Shown here piece after piece: positions 26,612 to 36,308 of a stretch of DNA of 41,073 nucleotides. The number at the start of each line of letters is the position of its first letter. Position 1 is the stretch's first letter. The translations under genes and the position numbers were made by a program. The stretch comes from a virus (taxonomy: Duplodnaviria > Caudoviricetes). The stretch spans positions 1-41,073 of the IMG/VR virus record IMGVR_UViG_3300024275_000018; one strand, written 5' to 3'. The notes below the pieces were generated by a model. It was not told the DNA's origin and did not search any database. It saw only the letters and a list, made by a program, of their open reading frames with translations.

Positions 26612-26809
26612 GCGGGACGGACAGAGCAAAGGGGAAACTCTGACCAGCCCGTCCCGCAGGCCCGATCAATGACCGAGCGGCGAGCGCGGCGCATGGGCTT
26701 TGCGGTCCAATCGCGCTGCGCTGACAGGCGCGTGAGGTGACACTCGCAACGCCTATTCGAATGAATTGGTTGGGATGAAGTCCGGGGAGGGATCAGCTTC
26801 GCCCCAACC
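26612..26809 (-). ncRNA. Structured late-operon leader (five tandem hairpins)
   Basis: Inverted repeats at 26768-26809, 26726-26754, 26684-26721, 26660-26678 and 26612-26657. Confidence 0.45.
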
Positions 26810-26953
26810 TATCCACTTAGTGGGGGTTCAAAGGGTGCTTGGGGAACAGGCTTTATTTTCGTGCGCCGAGACAAAGCACCTTGACGGCCACGCATGGCAG
26901 GAAACCGCCGATTTCGAGGCAGTGTCCATTCGCCGCCAGCACAATCATGCGCC

Positions 26954-27481
26954 TTATGCTGGTGAATTTCCTGAATTCAGGGCAGCGGCAATGCCCGCGA
27001 TTGCTCGCGAATAGCGCCGGTAAAGGCCCTTGTGCTCGATCCCTGCGCTCAGTTCGCGCTTGATCCGTGCCCAGTCGATCCGCTTCACACCGGCGGCGCG
27101 GCGGACCAGCACGAGGATGACCAGGCGGCGATCGTCCTCGGGGACATGGCGCAGCCAGTCCGACGTCTCGTCGCGCCGCGCCACATCCTCACGGGTCAGC
27201 GGCCCTGACCGCTCACGCCCTTCATTGGCCTTGGCTTCCTCGACGTCCTCAGCCTGCATGCGCAGCTGCAGCTCGCGGCCCTTGAACCCGCCTTCCTCGA
27301 TCCGGGTGGCGCGGGTCATCAATTGCCACGGCGCGTCGCCGGCGAACGGCCAACGCCCGCTGCCTGGCGAACGGCGCCACAGCAACATCGTCTCGATCAA
27401 TCGCTCTTCAACCGCAGCAAAGGTCCAGAACTCATCTTCCCTTGATTGGGAGGATCCTTTGGGAGGATTGTTTAGAGACAT
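26954..27481 (-). CDS. Putative late transcription regulator (DUF6362-like)
   Basis: WTFAAVEERLIE, C-terminal HTH-like ...RYSRAIAGIAAALN; last early gene before the late leader. Confidence 0.6.
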   Translation of the reverse strand: MSLNNPPKGSSQSREDEFWTFAAVEERLIETMLLWRRSPGSGRWPFAGDAPWQLMTRATRIEEGGFKGRELQLRMQAEDVEEAKANEGRERSGPLTREDVARRDETSDWLRHVPEDDRRLVILVLVRRAAGVKRIDWARIKRELSAGIEHKGLYRRYSRAIAGIAAALNSGNSPA

Positions 27482-27670
27482 TTCAAGGGGTTCCGTTTGA
27501 TTTGGGATGATGGGAGCGAATATGCGAACTGCACCCGTGCGCCTGTGCGCGCACACACGTTACGGGGAAGGGCCGCGATAAAGCTCCCAAACTCCCAAAC
27601 GCTCCCGTTTCGGCGGGAAACTGCCGATTATCGAGCCTTGGCTTTGCTCCCATCTGTGGGAGCGTGGGAG
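27447..27670. repeat. TGGGAG/CTCCCA iteron-like field, putative replication origin
   Basis: TGGGAG at 27447, 27460, 27511, 27657, 27665; CTCCCA at 27584, 27592, 27647; variants at 27503 and 27602; directly downstream of the primase. Confidence 0.6.
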
Positions 27671-27671
27671 G

Positions 27672-30656
27672 TTAGAACGGCAGGTCGTCATCATCCTCCG
27701 CTCTGACTTGGGGGTCCGGGGGATGAGCGTCGTCGTCCTCTTCGGCGACCGTCATTCCCCATGGTGCAGGCTCCTCGCCGACGAACCGGCGGGGCTGGGG
27801 TAGATCGCGATCGACGGGATGCAGGCGGCCTTCGTGCTCTTCGCAGAAGGCCTCGGCGTCGAAGCGCAGCGCGATGTCGAGCCACTTCATGTTGCTCGAC
27901 TTCTTCGGCTGCTTGAGCCCTTTCTTGCGGAGCGCGCCGTTGAGATGCTTCTCCGACCAGGGCTTGCCGGTCTGAGGCAGCAACCCGGCCCACGTCTGCC
28001 ATGCAGCGAACACCTTGTGGAACGGCCGCGCGCCGACCGTTTCGCCGGGCACACGCGCCACGCACAGCTTGAGGAACCTGCCGAGCAGATCATTGTCCTG
28101 CTGATATTCGACGGTCGCATCCTTGATCGCCTGCGGCGTCGTCAGCCCTTCGGCGAGGTAGCGGACCGCGCCGGCGATCATCCGATTGAGGATGCCCGGA
28201 CCTTCGGCCTTGAGCTTGTCCTTGAGCCGCGGGTCGACGTCGGCGCCGCTGATCACCACCGCCCAGGGGACAACCTGCACGCGGCGCTGGATGCCATGGT
28301 CGGTGCCGATCCCTGGCAGGGTGTTGGCGGTGACCGTGTTGCTGAAGGTGATCTGCAGCTCGAACGGCGGCTTCATCAGCTCGCGCACGCCACCCTTCGG
28401 TTCGTCCGACGTCAGCTCCTTGATCAGGCCGTCGCTGAATTTCGACCCGTTCTCCGGCTCGTTGGCGTAGACCATGCGCCGCCCGGCGAGCGCGGCGAGA
28501 TCCGGCGAAGCGTCCGATCCCTTGCGGTACCGGCCCTGATCGATGAACGTCTCGATCCCCGTCGCCCAGCTATAATCGCCGAGGATGTTGGCGACGGTGT
28601 TGATCCACACGCCCTTGCCGTTCGACCCCTCGCCGTAGAAGATCGCCATCTTCTGCGCATCGGCGAGGCCGAGCGCGTTGTAGCCAGCCCAAGTGTCGAG
28701 GAAGTCGCGCATCTCGGCGTCGGGCTGAACCTTCTCGAGGAACGCGTCGAACCGCGGGCAGGTCGCCTCGGCGTCGTGGCCGACCGCGCAGATCTTGGTC
28801 ATCCTGTCCTCGCGCCGGTGGTCGCGCATCGACCAGCCAGCATCGAACCCGCGTTCCGGCTCCGGTCGGAGGAACACGATCGTTCCGTTGAGCACGTTGA
28901 GCAGCAGCGGATCCGCATCGAATTCCGACGGCATAGCGGCAACCCGGGCGCCGGCCATGTCGGGCTTGCCCAGGCAGGCGATATGGCCTGACGATTCGGA
29001 CGTTCGCCCCCACGCCGCCAGCTTGTCCGAATAGAGCACGATGTCGCCGTTCGACTTGACCTGAACGATGCTGTCGAGCCGCTCGCCGTCGTGCTCAGGC
29101 GTTTGCTTGGCCAGCTCGCGCTGCCGGTACCACATCGCTGATTTGTATTTGCGGCGCTTCTTCCGCTCGTCCTCGACTTTCGACGGGACCATTTCATCAT
29201 CGTGGTCGCGATCGAGCTCGATATCGCCGAGCGGATCGGGGAACGGAACGCCGCTCTTGCGAATGAAGTCAGCTTCCTCCTGGATCGCGCGGCAGGTCGC
29301 CTGCGCGGCCTTGGCGAGCAGCGGCAGCGCCATTTCCCGGTTCCAGCGCCGCCCGTCCCAGGCAAGCCAGCCCCAGGCTTCGACGTAGAGGAAATCGCGG
29401 CCGAAGCGGTCGAGGAAGCGCTCGAGGTTGCCGAGATCGGTCAGTGGATGGAATGCACAGGCCCGCGTCAACGCGGCCGTATCGCCCTCAAATGCGTCCC
29501 CACGCCCCCTTTCACCAGCTTCAAAGCCAGCGGCTCCCGAATGGGAGGATTGCCGTCCTTCGGTCTCCGGTGTGGGTGTGGGAGGGTGAAGGCAGCCGCT
29601 GGCGCGGGGAGAAGATCGGGAAGAATGACCGGAGCCGCCGCGCTCCGCGCGACGGCGGGATTTGTTGGCGATCTCGCTGAGATCGCGTGGCTGCGCCATG
29701 CCGGCGGCAAGGCCATTGTCGATTGATGTGCAGGACTTCTCATAGTCCCGGCCGAACCCGGAAACGACAGCCTGCAGGGCGCTGCGCACCATCGCCTCGC
29801 TCAGCGCTCCAGCGCCGACCAGCTGGCCAAGCGCGAAGCTGCGCGCGTTGATCTGATTGTTGCGATCGCCCATCGGCGCGCCGGCGAGCAGGCGGCACTC
29901 CTCGTCGAACGCCGCCAGCGCATACTTGCGCACGGCATCGTCGACCTGGCCGGAAATGGCAGCGTGATCGCTCGGCCGAGGCGCTGGAGGATGCTCGGTC
30001 GAGGCCTTGCCCTTGGGTGCGCGCAGCACATCGAGCAACATCTGCGGAGCATGAGCGATTCCGCCCATCGGTTCGCGCCGGTGGAAGCGATATCGCCGGC
30101 CATCGCTGAGCACGCTCGGCGGAGCGATCACGTACCCGCCGAGACCACGAACGTCGACGTGATCGGGCAAATTGCCGCGATTGGTAATCGACGGACCTTC
30201 GTCGCCCTGCAGCAAATAGAGATGAACCCCGTCGCTCGGCGTCAGGATCGCCATGGACTGAGGCAGCGCACCTCCCAGCTGCTGTTCAGTTTCGGTCTTC
30301 AGCCGATCGAGTGTCCACACCTCGCCGGTGACGGGATCCTCGCGTGGGTCGAAATCGAGCACGAACAGGCGCAGTCCTGCCGGCTGAGCGTCGGTCTCAG
30401 TCCCTTTGGTCGGGTGGCCGGTGCACAGGCCGATCAGTGCATGGGGAAACCGCTTCCACCAGGCCGCGATCTGCTCGGGGTCGGTCGACGCTTTCTTGAG
30501 CCCGCCTGTACCGCGAATCGGCTTCTGATTTTCGTCCTTATCAGCGCCAAGCAGGGGTTGTTTGTTTTTCGGATTGCACGGGAACACCGGCCAGCCGCGG
30601 GCGGCATAACCAACGGCCGCGTCAAGCAGCTGCTTCGGGCTCGGCCCATCCCCCAT
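27672..30656 (-). CDS. Prim-pol plus P4/D5-family primase-helicase
   Basis: GWPVFPC, VLDFD, GVHLY, DVRGLGGYVIAPPS; TDLGN; Walker A GEGSNGKG; DHGIQRR. Confidence 0.93.
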   Translation of the reverse strand: MGDGPSPKQLLDAAVGYAARGWPVFPCNPKNKQPLLGADKDENQKPIRGTGGLKKASTDPEQIAAWWKRFPHALIGLCTGHPTKGTETDAQPAGLRLFVLDFDPREDPVTGEVWTLDRLKTETEQQLGGALPQSMAILTPSDGVHLYLLQGDEGPSITNRGNLPDHVDVRGLGGYVIAPPSVLSDGRRYRFHRREPMGGIAHAPQMLLDVLRAPKGKASTEHPPAPRPSDHAAISGQVDDAVRKYALAAFDEECRLLAGAPMGDRNNQINARSFALGQLVGAGALSEAMVRSALQAVVSGFGRDYEKSCTSIDNGLAAGMAQPRDLSEIANKSRRRAERGGSGHSSRSSPRASGCLHPPTPTPETEGRQSSHSGAAGFEAGERGRGDAFEGDTAALTRACAFHPLTDLGNLERFLDRFGRDFLYVEAWGWLAWDGRRWNREMALPLLAKAAQATCRAIQEEADFIRKSGVPFPDPLGDIELDRDHDDEMVPSKVEDERKKRRKYKSAMWYRQRELAKQTPEHDGERLDSIVQVKSNGDIVLYSDKLAAWGRTSESSGHIACLGKPDMAGARVAAMPSEFDADPLLLNVLNGTIVFLRPEPERGFDAGWSMRDHRREDRMTKICAVGHDAEATCPRFDAFLEKVQPDAEMRDFLDTWAGYNALGLADAQKMAIFYGEGSNGKGVWINTVANILGDYSWATGIETFIDQGRYRKGSDASPDLAALAGRRMVYANEPENGSKFSDGLIKELTSDEPKGGVRELMKPPFELQITFSNTVTANTLPGIGTDHGIQRRVQVVPWAVVISGADVDPRLKDKLKAEGPGILNRMIAGAVRYLAEGLTTPQAIKDATVEYQQDNDLLGRFLKLCVARVPGETVGARPFHKVFAAWQTWAGLLPQTGKPWSEKHLNGALRKKGLKQPKKSSNMKWLDIALRFDAEAFCEEHEGRLHPVDRDLPQPRRFVGEEPAPWGMTVAEEDDDAHPPDPQVRAEDDDDLPF

Positions 30657-30664
30657 CGCGAGCC

Positions 30665-30952
30665 CTACTCCACACGCTCAAAACGAACGACTTTCCGATA
30701 ACCGAGCTTGCTCGCGACCTGGTCGCTCACCGGGAAGCGGCCGCGCAGGATCCCCGACAGCTGGAACGGCGTTATCCCGAGATCTCGCGCGGCGATCGCC
30801 CGCGCCGCCTGCCAGTCGCCCGTCGGATTGGCCGGACATGGCGCTGAGAGGGCCGCCAGACGGTCGCGCAGCGCGCCGAGGAGCTCGCGATCAGTCGCTA
30901 GCTCGGCGGCGAGCGCGGCGCGTTTCCACCAATCTGTGGAGAGATGCTTCAT
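30665..30952 (-). CDS. Small HTH DNA-binding protein
   Basis: AARDLGITPFQLSGILRG; ATGA start at 30952. Confidence 0.7.
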   Translation of the reverse strand: MKHLSTDWWKRAALAAELATDRELLGALRDRLAALSAPCPANPTGDWQAARAIAARDLGITPFQLSGILRGRFPVSDQVASKLGYRKVVRFERVE

Positions 30953-31209
30953 GCCCTCTCCGCCACTTTGACCCGCTGCGCGGCCAGGAATTCCCCCGCG
31001 TCGCGACACAGCCCGAACACCCGTTGCGGCTCGCGCGCCTGGCATGCCTCGGCGATTGCTTTACGGCGCGCGAAGGGCAGGCTCCGAAAACACGGGTCGC
31101 ACAGCCATTTCCAGCGGTGTACGAGCACCGCCCCGCACCCCGGCGTCATGCAGTGCTTATCAGGCCGATCGCGGCGCTTGGGCCGCCTGCCCATCAGCGG
31201 CCTAGCCAT
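30949..31209 (-). CDS. Small Zn-finger protein
   Basis: CMTPGC...LCDPC; overlapping coupling with neighbours. Confidence 0.65.
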   Translation of the reverse strand: MARPLMGRRPKRRDRPDKHCMTPGCGAVLVHRWKWLCDPCFRSLPFARRKAIAEACQAREPQRVFGLCRDAGEFLAAQRVKVAERA

Positions 31210-31417
31210 TCGGCTGCTCCCGCCGACGCTGAACTCTCAGTAACTCGTCGCGCTCGACCGCGTCGCGGTGGTCCCATTGGCGCTGCCGCTCGGCGCGGCA
31301 CGCTGCATCGCTGTCGAACAGGTTGCGCGACGGGAACGGGATCGGCCGCCCGAATGCGTAACGCACGTCGGCCAGCGCGCTCTGATAGAGCCTTACCGGC
31401 CTGCCCCCCCCCATCAT
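31202..31417 (-). CDS. Hypothetical protein
   Basis: Fills the gap with overlaps at both ends. Confidence 0.55.
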   Translation of the reverse strand: MMGGGRPVRLYQSALADVRYAFGRPIPFPSRNLFDSDAACRAERQRQWDHRDAVERDELLRVQRRREQPNG

Positions 31418-32163
31418 ACGGCGGCCTCCAGATCGTTGACCCCGTCATCGTCCTCGTCGTCGGGTCCGGAGGTCGACGCGAACAGGCCATCCGCGGCGGG
31501 CGGCAGCTGCTCTGTCAGATATTCGGGATAATCCCCCGGCTGCTCGAGTCGCGCCCGGCATGGCGGAATCCACCGCAGACGCGTGTCGGATTCACCTTCC
31601 AGCCAGACCAGCCAACAATAGGCGGTTGCGGAGGAGGCATCGCCGTCGAGTTTCCCCTCGACCATCGCCACCCGTTCGACGAACTGCAGCACGAAGCTCG
31701 GGGCGTTGCGCGAAAACAGTGTCTCGTAACGCCCACGACCCTCGAGGAAGGCGCTGCGCACCAGCATTGCGAAGCCGCGGCGCGCAACGACCGATGCCGA
31801 CGCGATGAACTCAGCGGCCAGCTTGAATGGCGGATTGGTAATTACGAAGTCAGGCGCACCATGCTCGGCGCGACGCTCGAACTTGGCCAGTGTGAAGTCG
31901 AACAGGTCGTGATCATCGGAATAGCGGTGAACGTCAGTGGCAATCACCTCGCCGAAGTATTGTCCCAGCGGCCGCGCCATGTGCATCTCGCCACAAGCAG
32001 GCTCCCAGCAGATGAGGTTAGCGAGCGGCATGCCCCCCCCCAGCTGATCAGAAAGAAACTCGCACAACGCTCGCGTCGCCCAGGGCGGCGTCGGAAAATA
32101 GTCGAGGCTGTCCGGAGCGACCCGGCGACGCTGCATCACAGCGGTGGAGCGGTTCGCGCTCAT
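31414..32163 (-). CDS. DNA N6-adenine (amino) methyltransferase
   Basis: DYFPTPPW, WEPACG (SAM binding), VITNPPF (catalytic). Confidence 0.88.
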   Translation of the reverse strand: MSANRSTAVMQRRRVAPDSLDYFPTPPWATRALCEFLSDQLGGGMPLANLICWEPACGEMHMARPLGQYFGEVIATDVHRYSDDHDLFDFTLAKFERRAEHGAPDFVITNPPFKLAAEFIASASVVARRGFAMLVRSAFLEGRGRYETLFSRNAPSFVLQFVERVAMVEGKLDGDASSATAYCWLVWLEGESDTRLRWIPPCRARLEQPGDYPEYLTEQLPPAADGLFASTSGPDDEDDDGVNDLEAAV

Positions 32164-33188
32164 GCCGGATATCCGTCATGTTGTACGCCGTCGAGCAGTC
32201 TTCCCGCCCGCTTCTTTCCAATGGGCGCCATCGGCTGCTCGTCAGCGATTATATGGCCAGCATCACGGTCTACCGGGCCCCACGCGCCCCATTGCTTGAA
32301 CAGGAACGGGACGCTAGCGGCGGCGCACTGGTCGCGCATCGATCGTGCCCAGGCCGGGTGCATCGGTCGCGCCCTTGGCCCGCTTTCACCGCCGGCTACG
32401 ACCCAGTCGATAATTGCGCCGCAACCGCCTTCGTCCGCCGCACGCGCCCCTTCGTCACGGTCGAGGCAGTCCCACTGTTCCGGCCCGGTCGGCGTGGCGA
32501 CCGTAAGATAGCCTAGGTCAACCGGCCCAAGCAGCGGCTCACAGCTGAGCCAACGCATGGCAGCGGGCGTCTCGAGCAGCAGCGGAATGCGTTCGTCCGC
32601 CGCTGCTTGGTCCTCGACGCTGACGCCCAGCCAGACGTTGGGGAGAGGCCGCGGCCGATCCGGCGAACCAATCCAACCTCCGAAGGTGTCAACGCCCTCC
32701 GGGATCAGGCCTTTTGTCTGCCAGATGTCGACATGGTCGCCGACGTGGCGCGAACCCTCGGCCTGCGCTTGGACGTAGGCCCGTAACCGCTCCGGCCGCT
32801 TGGTCAGCACCTGAAACACGTGCTGGGGCGAGAGCGCCATTATCGCAAAAACCTGGTCGAGCATGTTGTCGCTGACGAAGTCGGCGAACAGGTCGGTCAT
32901 CGAACAGACGAAAATCTTGCGCGGTTTCCGCCACTTGAGCGGGGCCAGGAGCATTGTCTCGTCCACGAAGACGCGCAGCGACTGGCGATGACCTGGCTTA
33001 TAATCGAGCTTGGTACCGAGCCTCCGGTTGAAGCTCTCCGCGTAGCAGTGCCGACACCCCTCGCTGACATGCTCGCAATGCCAGCCGAGCAGCTTGCGTT
33101 GGCCGTCTCCGAACTCACCGGTCGTCAGCTCGGCCCGGATAGGGTTCCAAGTGTCGTCGGTCCATTCGATGCTGCTTCGCGCGCTCAC
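32160..33188 (-). CDS. Phage Gp37/Gp68 (DUF5131) radical-SAM-like protein
   Basis: SIEWTDDTWNP, CEHVSEGCRHCYA, SMTDLF, LTKRP, SCEPLL, GGESG, FKQWG. Confidence 0.93.
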   Translation of the reverse strand: MSARSSIEWTDDTWNPIRAELTTGEFGDGQRKLLGWHCEHVSEGCRHCYAESFNRRLGTKLDYKPGHRQSLRVFVDETMLLAPLKWRKPRKIFVCSMTDLFADFVSDNMLDQVFAIMALSPQHVFQVLTKRPERLRAYVQAQAEGSRHVGDHVDIWQTKGLIPEGVDTFGGWIGSPDRPRPLPNVWLGVSVEDQAAADERIPLLLETPAAMRWLSCEPLLGPVDLGYLTVATPTGPEQWDCLDRDEGARAADEGGCGAIIDWVVAGGESGPRARPMHPAWARSMRDQCAAASVPFLFKQWGAWGPVDRDAGHIIADEQPMAPIGKKRAGRLLDGVQHDGYPA

Positions 33189-33613
33189 AGTAACACCCGT
33201 GGCCGGAATTCAACCGGGAGCAGGTCATCGGGAATGGCGAAAAAGCTTTGATGGCCGCGAAACGGAATGGGCTCAGGCAGTGGCCGACAGTTCTCGACGA
33301 ACCACGCGAAACGCCCAGGTGAATAGTCGCCGTACAGTTTCTCGACCGGCGAAATACCGAAGACTGCTTCGTCGGTAGGTTTGACATCGACCAAGTCGAC
33401 GACTCCGACGATCGCACCAAGGGGCAAGCGTTCTGGCAACCTGCCGAGTGTGTGTTCGGTCGCGGCGAACTCCCGCTGGTCTGCAGTCCAGCGAACAGCG
33501 GCGTGAACAGCAAGCGGGCCGCGATAATGAGTCGACCAACCACGTGTTTCTGGGCCTTTGACCCCGATGACCCAGGCTGAAGCCCAAGGCTGCCAAAGCG
33601 AGATAGCCCTCAC
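33185..33613 (-). CDS. ASCH domain protein
   Basis: AISLWQPWA..GVKGPETRGW..YRGPLAVHA, PIPFRGHQ; GTG start at 33613. Confidence 0.88.
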   Translation of the reverse strand: MRAISLWQPWASAWVIGVKGPETRGWSTHYRGPLAVHAAVRWTADQREFAATEHTLGRLPERLPLGAIVGVVDLVDVKPTDEAVFGISPVEKLYGDYSPGRFAWFVENCRPLPEPIPFRGHQSFFAIPDDLLPVEFRPRVLL

Positions 33614-34056
33614 GCGTCGACCTCGGCGGGACAATAAGTGCAATCCTCATCGCCGTTCGCATGGCGAGGATCACAATGAAGGAAGCGCGCGCCTTTGACG
33701 TGCGCACTCATCGGTTGCCGGCAATTCAGACACGGTGGGTGCGGCCACCAATTATCTTCGGCTCCTCGCGTGGCGATTTCCGACACGCCGTTGGTCGGGA
33801 CGACTGCTGGCCGCCAGATGCAGCCGCAACCGTCGCAAAGGTGTGATTTGTGGGGAGGATTGGTCCAGCCGCTGGCAGGGTCTGCCTCGTCGACGTGCTG
33901 CCGCCCGCATTTCGGGCAATGGAGCACCATCGGAATCGGCTTCTGCCGCTCGAAGATGCAAAGCATATCCATGTACGCACGGGCGAGCCAGTCGCGGCTC
34001 TTGTTCATCAGATAGCGGTGCGTGACAGGACCGCCGCGATACTCGACGATGCTCAC
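33610..34056 (-). CDS. Multi Zn-ribbon protein
   Basis: LHCPKCGRQHVD, WTNPPHKSHLCDGCG, CLNC, CTYC; GTGA start. Confidence 0.75.
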   Translation of the reverse strand: MSIVEYRGGPVTHRYLMNKSRDWLARAYMDMLCIFERQKPIPMVLHCPKCGRQHVDEADPASGWTNPPHKSHLCDGCGCIWRPAVVPTNGVSEIATRGAEDNWWPHPPCLNCRQPMSAHVKGARFLHCDPRHANGDEDCTYCPAEVDA

Positions 34057-36308
34057 GCGGCCTCGCTTTCGACCGGGTCTTGCTCGGCTTCGCGCTGCAG
34101 GCTCGGCGCGTTGGCCGCGGTCAGCGCGCGCGCCAGAGGCGGGCAAACGCTGTTGCCACAACGGGCGACCTGCGACGTCTTGGTCGTCGGCTTGCCGGTC
34201 GCGTCATGGTCGATGATGTAATCGGGCGGGAACCCCTGAGCGTTGAACAGCTCGCGCGGCGTCAGCATCCGCATGCCGATGTCGACAATCACATATTCCT
34301 CGCCCTCGATCGTCACCGTGACGAGCCCGAAGCGATCCTTGGTGGTCACCGTGCCGAGCGGGCGTTCAGGGTCGTGCCCCTCACTCTCGTTGCCGTAATA
34401 TTTGAGCAAGAAGGCGCGGACCTCCGCGATATGCGTGCCTTGCGCGCTGACCGTGGCCAGCGGCTCGTCGACGGCTTGACCGTGGGTGCAGGTGCCCCGC
34501 AGCTTGACCAGGTTCGACGTGACGACGCGCTGGGTGCAACCCTTGGCGACGCTCGTCGACAGCGGATCCTCGGCCGAGCGGCCCGCCAGCGGCTTCTCGC
34601 CCTCCGGACTGCCGTTGGCCTGCTCAAGGTGGGCGGAAATGACGGCATGGCGCGGCGCACCGGCCATGACGGTGTGCAGCGGTTCGGTCGGGCCGTAGCC
34701 TTTCCCGTTGTCCGCGAACTTCTGCATGAAGGCCTGGACGACATGATGCTTGGTCCCGCCGGCGACGACGGTGCCCAGCGGCTTGTCGGCGTCCATCGCG
34801 CGCGGAGCCTGACCTACTCGCTCGCCGTTGCCGACGTGGACCAAGTGAACGGCGACCAGTGCGTATTCCGGTTGAGCGGTTTGGGTCCTAACCGGTTCGC
34901 AGATCGTGAAGGCGCGAGCCGCGCGCGTATTCTTGAATGCGGTCCCGATCAGAAGGGGCGCGAGTTTCGCCGCGATGACGACGTTGTGGTCCTTAGGGGA
35001 TGCAGTGACCGTATGCAGCGGAACGTCGACAGCGCGGCTCAATCCGCCCTGCTGAGCATAGCTGATGACCGGAGCCAGGCGGGCCTCGACCACGCCAAGC
35101 GGCGCGCAGCCGCCGGGACGCTTGACGAAACTATTGGCAGTGATGGTGGCGAGGGGCAGCCGCATGTCGTGGCCGGTCGCACCATTCCGAAACTTGGTGA
35201 TGTGGGCGGTGACCAAAGCGCTGTCCTGCGACGTCGAGATCGTCGGGAACGGCTCCTGCGCGGTATGTGAGCCCTTTCCCCGCTTCTTGCCGTTCTTGTC
35301 GCGCTCGCCATGGGCGGTGCGCGCGAAGATCGGAGCGACCAGGCAGGCATCGGCCTTGGCCGTCGTCGTCGGATATGGACCCTGAACGTCGACCGGCGGG
35401 CTCTGCCCCCGCCGCCCGCCGCAACCGACGATCGACGGACTAACGATCGCGAGCTCGCCTCTATGCGCGCCGGTCACAGTGTGCAGAGGCTGATCGAGGC
35501 CGTAGCTGCGCCCGTCGCTGCCGTGATGGGTCAGCGGAACGATGAACGGCTTGGGATTGTCGAGGACGAACTTGACGATGCCGTGCGCGATCCGCCGCAG
35601 CGTCTTTTCGGCCAGCTCCTTCTTGCGTTCGAAGATCGACGGGCACGGAATCGACCAGTCAATGATCTCGGCCGCAGTCCGCCACGGCAGCCTCTTGCCC
35701 GACAGCACTTCCGGGCTGTCGGGACGCCCATGCGTCGGTTCGGGCCACACGATCGGCTGACCGTCGCGCCGGGCGATCATGAAGAAGCGTTTGCGGATCG
35801 TCGGCGCGCCATAGTCGCAGGCGCGCAGCTCCTTGAATTGCAGCTTGTAGCCGTGCGATCGAAGGGCCTTGCACCATTCTTCGAAGGTCTCGCCGGCACG
35901 CTCCTTGATCGGCTGCCCGTCGAAATCGAGCGGGCCCCAAGTGCGGAATTCCTCGACATTCTCGAGCAGGATCAGCGTCGGCTTCACCCGCTTCGCCCAC
36001 AGCACCACGACCCAAGCGAGATCTCGGATCGACTTCTCGCGCGGCTTGCCGCCCTTGGCCTTACTGAAATGCTTGCAGTCCGGCGAAAACCACGCGAGCT
36101 CGACCGGCATGCATTCGGTCACGTCCTTGGGATCGACGTGCCAGATATTGTTGCGGATATGGCGGGTGCCCGGGTGGTTGGCCTCGTGCATGGCGAGCGC
36201 CTGCTCGTCATGGTTGATCGCGATATCGACCGCCCGGCCGAGCGCCTGCTCGATCCCGGTGGAGGCCCCGCCCCCGCCAGCGAAATTGTCGATGACCAGA
36301 CCCCTCAT
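34053..36308 (-). CDS. C5-cytosine DNA methyltransferase with expanded variable region
   Basis: DNFAGGGG, SPDC, ENV, RKRFF, GNSVCP. Confidence 0.95.
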   Translation of the reverse strand: MRGLVIDNFAGGGGASTGIEQALGRAVDIAINHDEQALAMHEANHPGTRHIRNNIWHVDPKDVTECMPVELAWFSPDCKHFSKAKGGKPREKSIRDLAWVVVLWAKRVKPTLILLENVEEFRTWGPLDFDGQPIKERAGETFEEWCKALRSHGYKLQFKELRACDYGAPTIRKRFFMIARRDGQPIVWPEPTHGRPDSPEVLSGKRLPWRTAAEIIDWSIPCPSIFERKKELAEKTLRRIAHGIVKFVLDNPKPFIVPLTHHGSDGRSYGLDQPLHTVTGAHRGELAIVSPSIVGCGGRRGQSPPVDVQGPYPTTTAKADACLVAPIFARTAHGERDKNGKKRGKGSHTAQEPFPTISTSQDSALVTAHITKFRNGATGHDMRLPLATITANSFVKRPGGCAPLGVVEARLAPVISYAQQGGLSRAVDVPLHTVTASPKDHNVVIAAKLAPLLIGTAFKNTRAARAFTICEPVRTQTAQPEYALVAVHLVHVGNGERVGQAPRAMDADKPLGTVVAGGTKHHVVQAFMQKFADNGKGYGPTEPLHTVMAGAPRHAVISAHLEQANGSPEGEKPLAGRSAEDPLSTSVAKGCTQRVVTSNLVKLRGTCTHGQAVDEPLATVSAQGTHIAEVRAFLLKYYGNESEGHDPERPLGTVTTKDRFGLVTVTIEGEEYVIVDIGMRMLTPRELFNAQGFPPDYIIDHDATGKPTTKTSQVARCGNSVCPPLARALTAANAPSLQREAEQDPVESEAA

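Noticed and set aside
31414-36308. Restriction-modification system
   Set aside because: No cognate endonuclease motif found; the MTases look orphan.
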